A stretch of DNA of 64,000 nt from an uncultured Actinomycetes bacterium (GTDB lineage Bacteria; Actinomycetota; Thermoleophilia; UBA2241): contig CAVWIH010000014.1 in assembly GCA_963755025.1 (NCBI GenBank), positions 378,701-442,700 of the forward strand. Reading direction: 5' to 3'. The notes under the pieces are model-generated. The model saw only the letters and a list, made by a program, of their open reading frames with translations, ran no database searches and was not told the DNA's origin. This document shows positions 39,731 through 48,538 of the stretch, piece by piece. The position numbers and the translations under genes are program-made. The stretch's first letter is position 1, and the number at the start of each line of letters is the position of its first letter.

Positions 39731-40654
39731 CTACGCGGCCTGTCCCAGTGCAGACGGCGGCTCCTGGTCTCGGGACTGAGCGTCGCGCACGAGGCGCTCG
39801 ATGCGCCGTCGAAACTCCTTGGGCGACTCTCCGTAGATCCGCCTGCCCAGCCGCCACGCCTTGTGCTGCAGCTGCGCGCGGCGTTGCTCGGCCAGCTCGA
39901 TCACCGGGTCGGCCGGCACTGCGACCCGCCCGGCGAGCCCGTCGGGTTCGCCCAGCAGCACGACGAGCATGGCCAGGTCGTGATCGTCGCCCAGCAGGTC
40001 GGCCAGACGCTGGGCCTGTCCCGTGTAGGCTTCGATGGCCGCCGACCACGCCGACTCCAGCAGCCCCACCTGATACGCCAGGTCCTTGGCGCGCTTGCGC
40101 CACTCGTGCAGGGCCTCGACGCTCGGCTCCCGCCGGGCGCGGACCCAAGCCTTGCGTCCGCGCCGGTACGTGCGCTGCAGCTCGTCGAACAGCTGCGGCC
40201 AGCCGATCTCCCACAGCGGCCAGCCTTCGACGTCGTTGCGTACGCCCGCCAGCACGTCGCGCCGGGCGGCCAGCTCGTCACCGCCGCTCGACGCCCGCTG
40301 GGCCAGGACCGCTTCGAAGGCCGCATACGTGCTGTCCGGAAGGCGGCCGACGTAGCGCGCCTGCAGTCCCCGCAAGGCGACCGGCGCTACGTCGGCGTCG
40401 CGCGCCGCCGAGATCGTGCGGGCGCTCTCGCGTAGCGTGCTCATCTCGGCGGCGTAGAGATCCGCCTTCAGCGCCGGCCGCATCAGGCGCAGCAGCGAGC
40501 GGCTCTTCTTGAGGTCCTTCCTGACGTCGTGCAGCAAGGTCGTGCGATCGTCACGCTCGCTGTCGAATCTGCCGACCGCCGTGTCGAGCCGGGCCGCCAG
40601 CGTCTGTCGGGCCGTGACTGCGGGTGGCTGGTCAAGGTCTAACCTGTACGACAC
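39731..40654 (-). CDS. CHAD domain protein
   Basis: LHDVRKDLKKSRSLLRL, ARDADV, LHEWRKRAKDL, LGDDHDL; start approximate (VSYRL). Confidence 0.85.
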   Translation of the reverse strand: MSYRLDLDQPPAVTARQTLAARLDTAVGRFDSERDDRTTLLHDVRKDLKKSRSLLRLMRPALKADLYAAEMSTLRESARTISAARDADVAPVALRGLQARYVGRLPDSTYAAFEAVLAQRASSGGDELAARRDVLAGVRNDVEGWPLWEIGWPQLFDELQRTYRRGRKAWVRARREPSVEALHEWRKRAKDLAYQVGLLESAWSAAIEAYTGQAQRLADLLGDDHDLAMLVVLLGEPDGLAGRVAVPADPVIELAEQRRAQLQHKAWRLGRRIYGESPKEFRRRIERLVRDAQSRDQEPPSALGQAA

Positions 40655-40792
40655 GGAGGGAACCTCCCGATCGCGATTGCCTGTCGGAGACGTTCCGGCG
40701 GGGTCGGCGCCCAGGACCGACCTCAAACCGAGGGCGACGCCTCAAGCCGGACGACACCTCAGGCCGCGGGCGACGCCGCCGCGGGCGACGCC

Positions 40793-41170
40793 TCAGGCCG
40801 CCTTCTTCTGCTGCCAGGGCGCCGTCTCGCCGAACTTCTCGTAGTAGCGCGCTATTGAGCGCTTGACGCCCGCGACATCGCCACGTGGCAGGTCGACGCC
40901 GCCGCGTGCCCCGTTCACCACCTGGGCCGCCGACATCACGGCCCGAGGTACCATCGTGAGCTCACCGCCGATCACGTCTGCGATGGGCAGCTTGTAGGCC
41001 GTGAACTCGTCGGCGCGTGCGGCGTCGTACCACAGAAAGGCCTTGCGGTAGCGAGCGTTGGGCGCCGATTCGGCGTGCGCCCAGCGGCGCACGCGCTTGT
41101 CGGCTGCATCACCGTTCCACGAGCGGCCGCGGTCGGCCACAGGCAGGTTCGAGTAGCGGATCGCAGTCAT
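40793..41170 (-). CDS. Hypothetical protein resembling a domain of phage head-associated proteins
   Basis: GGAGG RBS; WNGDAADKRVRRWA...YRKAFLWYD...YKLPIADV...GARGGVDLP. Confidence 0.65.
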   Translation of the reverse strand: MTAIRYSNLPVADRGRSWNGDAADKRVRRWAHAESAPNARYRKAFLWYDAARADEFTAYKLPIADVIGGELTMVPRAVMSAAQVVNGARGGVDLPRGDVAGVKRSIARYYEKFGETAPWQQKKAA

Positions 41171-41219
41171 GCGTAACCTCCTTCGATCGTAGCGTGGCCC
41201 AGGGTGAGGGAGCGCCCGC

Positions 41220-41375
41220 TCACCACCGATACCAGCGCGCCGTACTGCCGCGCGCGAAGAACCCGATGATCCAGATGATCGCCAGCACGGCCGCCAGGAT
41301 GAACAGCCACTTGACGATGAACCCCAGCCCGAACAGAAGGGCGATGATCACCAAGAGGAGAACCAGAGCCAGCAT
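41220..41375 (-). CDS. Small hydrophobic protein (51 aa), absent from ORF track
   Basis: AGGAGG RBS; MLALVLLLVIIALLFGLGFIVKWLFILAAVLAIIWIIGFFARGSTARWYRW. Confidence 0.8.
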   Translation of the reverse strand: MLALVLLLVIIALLFGLGFIVKWLFILAAVLAIIWIIGFFARGSTARWYRW

Positions 41376-41580
41376 GTTGTCGCCACCTCCTTCCACCTGA
41401 ATCGCCCACCCGGCGTCCTACGGTCGAGTGGTCCATATGGAGTGAACCTCGCCAAAAGTTTGACTCTAGGTAAGCTGTTTCCGAGACCGGCGCGCTACAA
41501 ACCGCGGGGGCGGCGGCGAGTCCGGCCGGCGTCTCGCGCCGTGTCGCCACCTGTCGACGGCACCGCAGAGCCGGTGCGTG

Positions 41581-42525
41581 TCAGTGCCTGCGTTCGGGTT
41601 CCTCTCCGAGCCACTCCGGGTGCTGGGCGGTGCCGTCGAAGAGCGACGTGGTCTTGAAGGGTTCGAGCTCGCCGTCCGCCGCGGCGCTCGCGGTTCTCGC
41701 CAGGAGCGCCGCCACCTCCCTGCGCTCGAGGGGACGAAACGTGCGCACCGCCTCAAGGGCTTGATCGAGAACGGCCAGGCTGTCGATGCCGGTGATCACT
41801 ACCGAAGTGGGCAGGTTCAACGCGTACTGCAGACATTCGATCGGCGTCACCACGTGCGACTCCGGCAGCACGCCGTCGGCCATGCTCTTCATGCCCAGGA
41901 CGCCGACGCCGTGCTCGAGCAGGCGCGGGAGTACAAGCGCTTCGAAGCTGCGGTAGTGGGCGTCGAGAACGTTCAGCGGCATCTGCACCGCGTCGAAGGC
42001 AAAGCCGTGCGCGGCGGCGACTTCGAGCATGTGCAGATGGATGCGCGGGTCTTTGTGCCCCGTAAAACCGATGTAGCGCAGTTTGCCGGCTACGCGAGCC
42101 TCGACCAGCGCGGCGTTGGCGCCGTCTTCGCGAAAGATGCGATGCGGGTCTTCGAAGCGGATGACCTCATGGTGCTGCACGAGGTCCAGCCGGTCGACTC
42201 CGAGGCGGTGAAGCGATTCGTCAAGCTGGCGCGTCGCCTCCTTGCTTGAGCGGCCGTCGATCTTCGTCATGAGAAAGACCCTGTCGCGGTACCCGTCGCG
42301 CAACGCCTTGCCCATGCGGATCTCACTGCGGCCGTCGTTGTAGTCCCAGCAGTTGTCCAGAAAGGTGACCCCGTTGTCGACAGCCGTGCGGACGATCCTG
42401 ACGGCGAGCCGCTCGTCCACGTGGGGGAGGCCCAGGTGGAACCCGCCGACTCCGATGGCCGAGACCCTTTCCCCGGTACTACCCAGAGTGCGGTAGAGCA
42501 TTTGTCCGCGCGCTCCTTCCGGCAT
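41581..42525 (-). CDS. Aldo/keto reductase
   Basis: MLYRTLGSTGERVSAIGVGG, FLDNCWDY, FLMTKID, RYIGFTGH. Confidence 0.92.
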   Translation of the reverse strand: MPEGARGQMLYRTLGSTGERVSAIGVGGFHLGLPHVDERLAVRIVRTAVDNGVTFLDNCWDYNDGRSEIRMGKALRDGYRDRVFLMTKIDGRSSKEATRQLDESLHRLGVDRLDLVQHHEVIRFEDPHRIFREDGANAALVEARVAGKLRYIGFTGHKDPRIHLHMLEVAAAHGFAFDAVQMPLNVLDAHYRSFEALVLPRLLEHGVGVLGMKSMADGVLPESHVVTPIECLQYALNLPTSVVITGIDSLAVLDQALEAVRTFRPLERREVAALLARTASAAADGELEPFKTTSLFDGTAQHPEWLGEEPERRH

Positions 42526-42563
42526 AGCTGTCGATCCTCCTGACGAGCCGGCCCTCGCCCTGG

Positions 42564-42824
42564 TCAGACCGCACCCTCCGGCGGCCAGTAGCCCACGGCG
42601 TAGGCGATCCACGACCCGACCAGGTTGCCGGCGACCCCGGCGACCACGATGCCGAGCAGGCTGAGGTGGCCCTCGCTGACGGCAAAGCCGGCGAAGGGCA
42701 TGGTCGCTTCGCTGGGGATGGGGATGCAAGCGCTCTCCAGCAGCATGAGCACAAAGACGGCCGGCAGACCCCAACTGCCGATGAGGTGCGTGCACCATTG
42801 GACGACGTCGTTGGTGATCGACAT
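42564..42824 (-). pseudogene. Truncated DedA family gene (N-terminal 86 aa only)
   Basis: LMLLESACIPIPSEATMPFAGF...GNLVGSWIAYAVGY then stop; no DedA C-terminal half before the next gene. Confidence 0.7.
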
Positions 42825-42992
42825 GCCTGGCGATCCCTCCAGCCCGAGGCGGCTCATCCCTGCGAAGGCGTTTGCCCCGCGCAATCGCAGAGGACGCCGT
42901 TAGAGCCCACAAGCGGCACGACGGCCAACGGTCTGCCGCCGCACGCCACGGGTGAACTACCCGGAGAGGCAGATCCGTCCAAGGAGAGCACG

Positions 42993-43430
42993 ATGGAGAC
43001 TCAGCTCAATGCCTATCTCAACTTCCGCGACAACGCCCGGCAGGCCATGGAGTTCTACCGCAGCGTCTTTGGCGGCAAGCTCGAGATCAGCACCTTCAAG
43101 GACTACCAGGCCTCGTCGGACCCGAGCGAAGACGACAAGGTGATGCACTCGGTGCTGCGTACCGACGGCGGCATGACGATCATGGCGGCCGACGTGCCCA
43201 ACAGCATGGACTACCAGCCCGGGAGCAACTTCAGCCTCTCGCTCTCGGGCGACGACGAGCAGCAGCTACGCGACTACTACGGCAAGCTCAAGGACGGCGG
43301 GGCCGAGACCATGCCCCTCGCGAAGGCCCCGTGGGGCGACACCTTCGGCATGATCCGCGACCGCTACGGCATCAGCTGGCTGGTCGACATCTCACAGGCC
43401 GCGGCGCAAGAGACCACGCAGGCGGCATGA
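42993..43430 (+). CDS. VOC family (PhnB-like) protein
   Basis: METQLNAYLNFRDNARQAMEFYRSVFGG...PWGDTFGMIRDRYGISW. Confidence 0.92.
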   Translation: METQLNAYLNFRDNARQAMEFYRSVFGGKLEISTFKDYQASSDPSEDDKVMHSVLRTDGGMTIMAADVPNSMDYQPGSNFSLSLSGDDEQQLRDYYGKLKDGGAETMPLAKAPWGDTFGMIRDRYGISWLVDISQAAAQETTQAA

Positions 43431-43619
43431 CGGGCGCCACGGGAGCGGAATAGCGCGTCGCCGCGCGGCGCTCGCGCCTGGCTATCGGACGAGCGGCATC
43501 AAGCTTGAGGTCACCACCCGCATCGCGGTCATCGACCTCGTCCCCCGCGTCGTCGCCGACCTCGTCGCCCGTCACGCTATCCGACCTTCCTCGGCCGCCC
43601 CTGGCGGCCCACCTCCAGC

Positions 43620-43728
43620 CTGCAACGACCTTTGCGATGATGAGCGCGACTACGGCGGCGTGGAGGGCGATGGTGAGAGGCAGCATGATCCAGCCGCTCA
43701 GTGCTCGCGCTTCACGTTCGCTGGTCAT
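43620..43728 (-). pseudogene. Possible N-terminal remnant of an SPFH-domain membrane protein gene
   Basis: AAAGGA RBS, MTSEREARALSGWIMLPLTIALHAAVVALII then loss of coding character. Confidence 0.3.
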
Positions 43729-43874
43729 GGCGTTCCTTTCGTGGCTTCACGGTGGCTTCGGTATGATATCACCACGAAATCGCAACCGCAAACACCCAGC
43801 TCCGCGAAGAGCCGGTTCTAAACGGCAGGTCGCCGGCGCTCGGATCGGCGCCGGCTACCTCTGCCGGCAGGCGC

Positions 43875-44627
43875 CTACGACGGTATCCGCGCGGCGATGC
43901 CGTCGAGCACGCAGGCGAGGCCGAACTCGAAGCGCTCATCGCGCGTCTCGGCCGCGTCGGGGTCGATCCCCTCGTGGAAGACGCGCAGCAGGCGTGAGAA
44001 GCGCCCCGACCGTTCGAGGCTGATCCACCACGACCGCATGGCCGCCTCGATCTCGCCCTCGCTGAGTCCGGCGCCGGCCTGCTCCTGTTCGACATGGCTG
44101 TCCCGCATCTCGTTGAGGACCGAGCCCGTAACGTAGGTCATGACGGTCGTGAGGATCTGGATCGCGGTGCGCGTCTCGATGGCAAGGCCGTCGAGGCTGG
44201 CGAGTGAGCGTTCGATGTTCAGGAGCCCATTGGGTCCGGGTGGCCTGCCCGCCATGAAGTCGAGCTTCCAGCGGTGGCGCAGCAGCGAGGCGCGCTCGCG
44301 CCGTGCGATCTGCGCGAGGTCGTTCCGCCAATCGCCGCTCGGGTCGACTGTCGCCTCCTCAGCCTCGACGGCGTCGACCATGAGGTTCAGGAGCTGCTCC
44401 TTGCTGGCGACGTGCCAGTACAGCGACATGGTTCCGGCGCCCAGCTCCTTGGCGATGCGCCGCATGTTGATGGCCTCGGCGCCCTCGGCATCGGCCAGGG
44501 CGACCGCAGCCGTGACGATCTCAGTGCGCGACAGGGCCGAGTCTCGCTGTCCCTGCTGGGAGCGCGGCGCCCCCCGCCGCGGTGCGACGGCCGAATACGG
44601 TGGCCACAGGTCGTCGAGGTCTTCCAC
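43875..44627 (-). CDS. TetR family regulator with TetR C-terminal domain
   Basis: LSRTEIVTAAVALADAEGAEAINMRRIAKELGAGTMSLYWHV, FEFGLACVLDGI. Confidence 0.92.
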   Translation of the reverse strand: MEDLDDLWPPYSAVAPRRGAPRSQQGQRDSALSRTEIVTAAVALADAEGAEAINMRRIAKELGAGTMSLYWHVASKEQLLNLMVDAVEAEEATVDPSGDWRNDLAQIARRERASLLRHRWKLDFMAGRPPGPNGLLNIERSLASLDGLAIETRTAIQILTTVMTYVTGSVLNEMRDSHVEQEQAGAGLSEGEIEAAMRSWWISLERSGRFSRLLRVFHEGIDPDAAETRDERFEFGLACVLDGIAARIPS

Positions 44628-44653
44628 CGCTTTGTCCTCCAGGCTCCGCTGCG

Positions 44654-44706
44654 CGTACGTTGTATGTTACTCTCGTACAGTGTACTATATGCTCGTACCT
44701 TGTATG
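44654..44706. promoter_or_regulatory. Three 20-bp-spaced CGTAC-n3-GTAY operators between tetR and ABC exporter
   Basis: CGTACGTTGTATG (44654), CGTACAGTGTACT (44674), CGTACCTTGTATG (44694). Confidence 0.75.
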
Positions 44707-44719
44707 AGAAGGAGGACCC

Positions 44720-45703
44720 ATGGGCGCATCACTGGCCATTGAAGCAGTGGGCATAGACAAGTCGTTCGGCGAGACCCACGCCCTCGCCGGGCTCGATCTC
44801 GAGGTAGAGCGGGGCACCATCCTCGGCGTGCTCGGGCCCAACGGCTCCGGCAAGACGACGGCCGTGCGTGTCCTCACAACGTTGCTGCGAGCCGACGGCG
44901 GCACCGCGCGAGTCAACGGCTACGACGTGGTCGCCCAAGCGACGCAGGTGCGCCGCTGCATCGGTCTGTCGGGGCAGTCGGCGGCCCTCGACGAATCGCT
45001 CACGGGGGCGGCCAACCTGGTGATGATCGGGCAGCTCTGCCGGCTTTCGCGGCGCGATGCCCGGCAAAGGTCTGACGAGCTGCTGTCCCGGTTCGACCTG
45101 ACCGACGCCGGAGACCGCGGGGTGAAGACCTACTCGGGCGGCATGCGCCGCAGGCTCGACCTCGCCGCCAGCCTCGTGACCCGCCCGCCGATCCTTTTTC
45201 TCGACGAACCCACCACCGGCCTCGACCCGCGCAGCCGTTCGGTCCTGTGGGACATCATCCGCACCCTCGTGGCCGACGGCACGACCGTGTTCCTCACGAC
45301 GCAGTACCTGGAGGAGGCCGATCGGCTGGCCGACCGGATCGTCGTCATCGACAAGGGTTCGGTCATTGCCCAGGGCTCGTCAGACGAGCTGAAAGCCGAG
45401 GCCGGCGGGGACCGCCTCGCCGTCACCGTGGCCCTGGAGTCCGATCTGGCGGCGGCGCGCGAGGTGCTTGCCCGGCACGCCGAAGGCGAGCTCCACGTCG
45501 ACCCGGAGCGGCGGGTGGTCCACGCGCTGGTGGCCGATGGCGCCCGGTCCATTCCGGCGATCGCCGCGGCGATGAGCACGGCGGGCGTGCTGATGGACGA
45601 CCTGGGCATGCTGCGGCCCTCGCTCGACGACGTCTTTCTCACCCTCACGGGCCACTCCGCGGCTCCCGTCTCCGCTCCCGACAAAGAAGAGGCACTCGTA
45701 TGA
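44720..45703 (+). CDS. DrrA-like ABC exporter ATP-binding subunit
   Basis: GPNGSGKTT, YSGGMRRRLDLAASL, FLDEPTTGLDP, LTTQYLEEAD. Confidence 0.93.
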   Translation: MGASLAIEAVGIDKSFGETHALAGLDLEVERGTILGVLGPNGSGKTTAVRVLTTLLRADGGTARVNGYDVVAQATQVRRCIGLSGQSAALDESLTGAANLVMIGQLCRLSRRDARQRSDELLSRFDLTDAGDRGVKTYSGGMRRRLDLAASLVTRPPILFLDEPTTGLDPRSRSVLWDIIRTLVADGTTVFLTTQYLEEADRLADRIVVIDKGSVIAQGSSDELKAEAGGDRLAVTVALESDLAAAREVLARHAEGELHVDPERRVVHALVADGARSIPAIAAAMSTAGVLMDDLGMLRPSLDDVFLTLTGHSAAPVSAPDKEEALV

Positions 45704-46551
45704 CGATCGCTCCGACATCGCCGCTTGCCACTCCGGCCGAGCCCCTGCTCGCTCAGCTGTGGTGGTCGATCCGCAACGCCCTGGTGCTGACCCGTCGCGG
45801 CATCGCGCGCATCATCCGGGAGCCCTCACAGCTCCTCGACGTCACCGTCCAGCCCCTCATCTTCGTGCTGCTCTTCGTCTATGTCTTCGGCTCGGCCATT
45901 CGGCTGCCGGGCGGAGGCAGCTATCACGAGTACCTCGTCGGCGGCATGTTCGGGATGGCCCTGGTCGGGACGGCCCAGGGCACCGCGGTCGGAGTCTCGG
46001 CCGACATGGCGACCGGCCTCATCGACCGCTTCCGGTCGCTGCCCATCGCGCGTTCCTCGGTGCTCGTGGGCCGCGTGGTGACCGACCTGCTCACCCAGGT
46101 GATCGCCACCGGTGTCCTCGTCATCACCGGGTTCGCCGTGGGCTGGGGCATCCACAACGGCGTCGCCGACGCGCTGGTGGCGTTCGGCCTGTGCCTGCTG
46201 ATCGCCTTTGCGATGACCTGGGTGGGGGCTTGCGCCGGCATGCTCTTCAAGTCGGCGGAGGCCGCTCAGGCGATCGCCTTAATCTTCTTCTTGCCGCTGA
46301 CCTTCGTCTCGAACACCTTCGTGCCCACACAGGGCATGCCGGCCTGGCTGCGCACGGTGGCGGAGTGGAACCCGGTGAGCGCGGTCGCCTCGGCGTGCCG
46401 CAAACTCTTCGGCAACCCCAACCCGGCCGCGAACATCGGCGCCTGGCCCATGCAGCATCCGGAGCTGGCCACCGTCGTGTGGTCGATCGGCTTGATCGCC
46501 GTGTTCGCGCCGCTCGCCGTCTACCTCTACCGGCGCAAGTCGCTGGGCTAG
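45700..46551 (+). CDS. DrrB-like ABC-2 permease
   Basis: GLIDRFRSLPIARS, PLTFVSNTFVP, WNPVS; ATGA overlap. Confidence 0.92.
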   Translation: MTIAPTSPLATPAEPLLAQLWWSIRNALVLTRRGIARIIREPSQLLDVTVQPLIFVLLFVYVFGSAIRLPGGGSYHEYLVGGMFGMALVGTAQGTAVGVSADMATGLIDRFRSLPIARSSVLVGRVVTDLLTQVIATGVLVITGFAVGWGIHNGVADALVAFGLCLLIAFAMTWVGACAGMLFKSAEAAQAIALIFFLPLTFVSNTFVPTQGMPAWLRTVAEWNPVSAVASACRKLFGNPNPAANIGAWPMQHPELATVVWSIGLIAVFAPLAVYLYRRKSLG

Positions 46552-46618
46552 AGTCGAGCCGGCAGACGTGCCGGTCGCCGGCGCCGGCCGACGGCGCCGG
46601 CCTGCCGCCGCTGATGGG

Positions 46619-47185
46619 TCAGCGGTGCCGCCGGTAGCGCAGCTCGACGACCCCGTTGCCGGAGGCGGCGCTCGAGATCAGGTCGAGCCGGTACGACTTG
46701 GGGACGTCGTCGAACAGCACGGTGCCCTCGTCGGCGACGTAGGGATACAGGGACACGCGGAGCTCGTCGATCAGGTCGAGCCTCATGAGCGACCGCCAGA
46801 ACCTGACGCCGCCCCAGACCACGATGTGGCCATCGCCGCCCCGCCTGAGCTTGTCGATCTCTTGCGCCGTGTCGCCGTCGGCGATGGTGGTGTTGGCCCA
46901 CTCGGCCGTTTTCAGGGTGCGCGAGAAGACGACCTTATGCCCGGCGTTGACGATGCCAGCCCACGGGTGGTCGGGGCTCGGCGCGAGGTGCTCGGCCATG
47001 CCTTCGTAGGCGGTGCGACCCATGACGTGCGCGTGGGCGCTCCGCAGAAAATCGAGTGTCTGCTCGTCGCGTCCCAGGCCCTGCAGGTCGACCAGCTCGA
47101 AGCAGACCTTCCAGAACTCGGTGCCCTCGTCGGCGAGAAGGCCGTTGAGCGAGTAGTTGAACACCGTCGCTATGAGTTTCCGCAT
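46619..47185 (-). CDS. Dihydrofolate reductase-like (RibD C-terminal) protein
   Basis: MRKLIATVFNYSLNG, MGRTAY, KVVFSRTL, LIDELR. Confidence 0.88.
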   Translation of the reverse strand: MRKLIATVFNYSLNGLLADEGTEFWKVCFELVDLQGLGRDEQTLDFLRSAHAHVMGRTAYEGMAEHLAPSPDHPWAGIVNAGHKVVFSRTLKTAEWANTTIADGDTAQEIDKLRRGGDGHIVVWGGVRFWRSLMRLDLIDELRVSLYPYVADEGTVLFDDVPKSYRLDLISSAASGNGVVELRYRRHR

Positions 47186-47339
47186 CTCGGGACCTCCTTC
47201 GCCGCGGGTAGTGCGGGTATCTGTACCCCGGGGGACGCACCGAAAGGCCGTGAACACCAGGAACAACGGACTCGCCGGGAACGTTCCGATCAGGGCCCTA
47301 CCGGGCTCAACTCCCGAACCGTCCCGAAAGGATCGCAGA

Positions 47340-47717
47340 ATGCCGAAGGAACACTGGAAGACCGAGCCCGACCAGAAAGACTTCGAAAGCGCCGCCAGCT
47401 ACCTGAGTCTCATCCTCGCCGCGCCCGCCGTCGGCGCGACGGTCGCGGCGTTGCGCACGGCGCCGCTTGAACACGGCGAGGCAAGCGACCTGCTCCGTGC
47501 GAGCACCCTCCCCCTGCTCGACGACGATGACGCCCTGGTGCTCAAGGACCTCGCCAAGGTCAAGAAGGGAGAGAAGCTCTCGCCGGTGCTCCTGGTGCGC
47601 GGCAGTATCGCCACCAGCGTGCCGCTCACGGTAGCCGACGGCTACCACCGGATCTGCGCAAGCTACGCGATCGACGAGGACGAGCTCGTGCCCTACCGCA
47701 TCGTCGATCTCGCCTGA
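47340..47717 (+). CDS. Conserved hypothetical protein
   Basis: AAAGGA RBS; MPKEHWKTEPDQKDFESAASYLSL...LSPVLLVRG...ADGYHRICA. Confidence 0.75.
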   Translation: MPKEHWKTEPDQKDFESAASYLSLILAAPAVGATVAALRTAPLEHGEASDLLRASTLPLLDDDDALVLKDLAKVKKGEKLSPVLLVRGSIATSVPLTVADGYHRICASYAIDEDELVPYRIVDLA

Positions 47718-47739
47718 GGTCGCCCGAGCCGACCGGCGG

Positions 47740-48324
47740 TCAAGGCCGGACCCGCAGCCGCATCACCCACCGCCACTTGGCTATCTGCCGGTCGCGTTCG
47801 AAGCCGAACTCCTCGAACAGGTCGGTCGGGCCCGTGTGAAAGTAGGCGCCGCGCTGCGGGGCGCGCCCCTCGACTTGCTCGGGGTAGGCCTCGACGAGCC
47901 CGCCTCCGGCGTCGCGGATGGCAGCCAGCGCCCCGCCGAGGGCCGCGCGGGCGACCCCACTGCGCCGGTGCCCGCTCCCGGTGAAGATGCAACCGATCCG
48001 CCAGTCGGGCAGCTCGCCCAGGCCCCTGGCATAGGCTTTCGGGTTCTTGATGTTGGGAAGCTCCGTCGGCCGTCCGTACTGGCACCAGCCGACGCAGTCG
48101 TCGCCGTCGTACACGAGGATCTGGTGAACCGTTCCGTTGCGCACGTGGGCTTCCTTTGCCCGACGGTTTCCGGAGACGGTATGACCCTTGCCGACGCCCT
48201 CCGGGTGGAACCCCATGCACCAGCAGCCGCCCCAGACCCCGTTGTTGGCCTCCACCAGACGGGCGAAGTCGTGCCAGGTATCGGGACTGAGCGGCCGCGT
48301 CAGATGGGAGTCGACCCGTGCCAT
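47740..48324 (-). CDS. GNAT family acetyltransferase
   Basis: GGCWCMGFH, VGWCQYG, HRRSGVARAAL acetyl-CoA motif, VEAYP. Confidence 0.85.
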   Translation of the reverse strand: MARVDSHLTRPLSPDTWHDFARLVEANNGVWGGCWCMGFHPEGVGKGHTVSGNRRAKEAHVRNGTVHQILVYDGDDCVGWCQYGRPTELPNIKNPKAYARGLGELPDWRIGCIFTGSGHRRSGVARAALGGALAAIRDAGGGLVEAYPEQVEGRAPQRGAYFHTGPTDLFEEFGFERDRQIAKWRWVMRLRVRP

Positions 48325-48538
48325 CCAGCCGTTATGCCCGGCTGCGGCTTCGCAGCGGCGACCAGCCGTTTCGCGGGCGCAGGCGCGACTGTGGCCGGCT
48401 CCAACGCCATCGCCCATCCGCCGTGTTCGCGGCCGCGGGCGAGAGTATCATCTGAAAACAAAGCAACGGTCATGCCGTCCTTGGGCGTCTCTCACCCGAC
48501 CACGGCGCTTTGCCGATGGGGGGAGTGCTGTCAGCCGC

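Noticed and set aside
37183-40512. Very long alternative-frame ORFs (1109 aa here; also 8023-10197, 34682-37144, 59123-61999)
   Set aside because: Arg/Pro/Ala-rich or antisense shadows of real genes, expected in about 70% GC DNA
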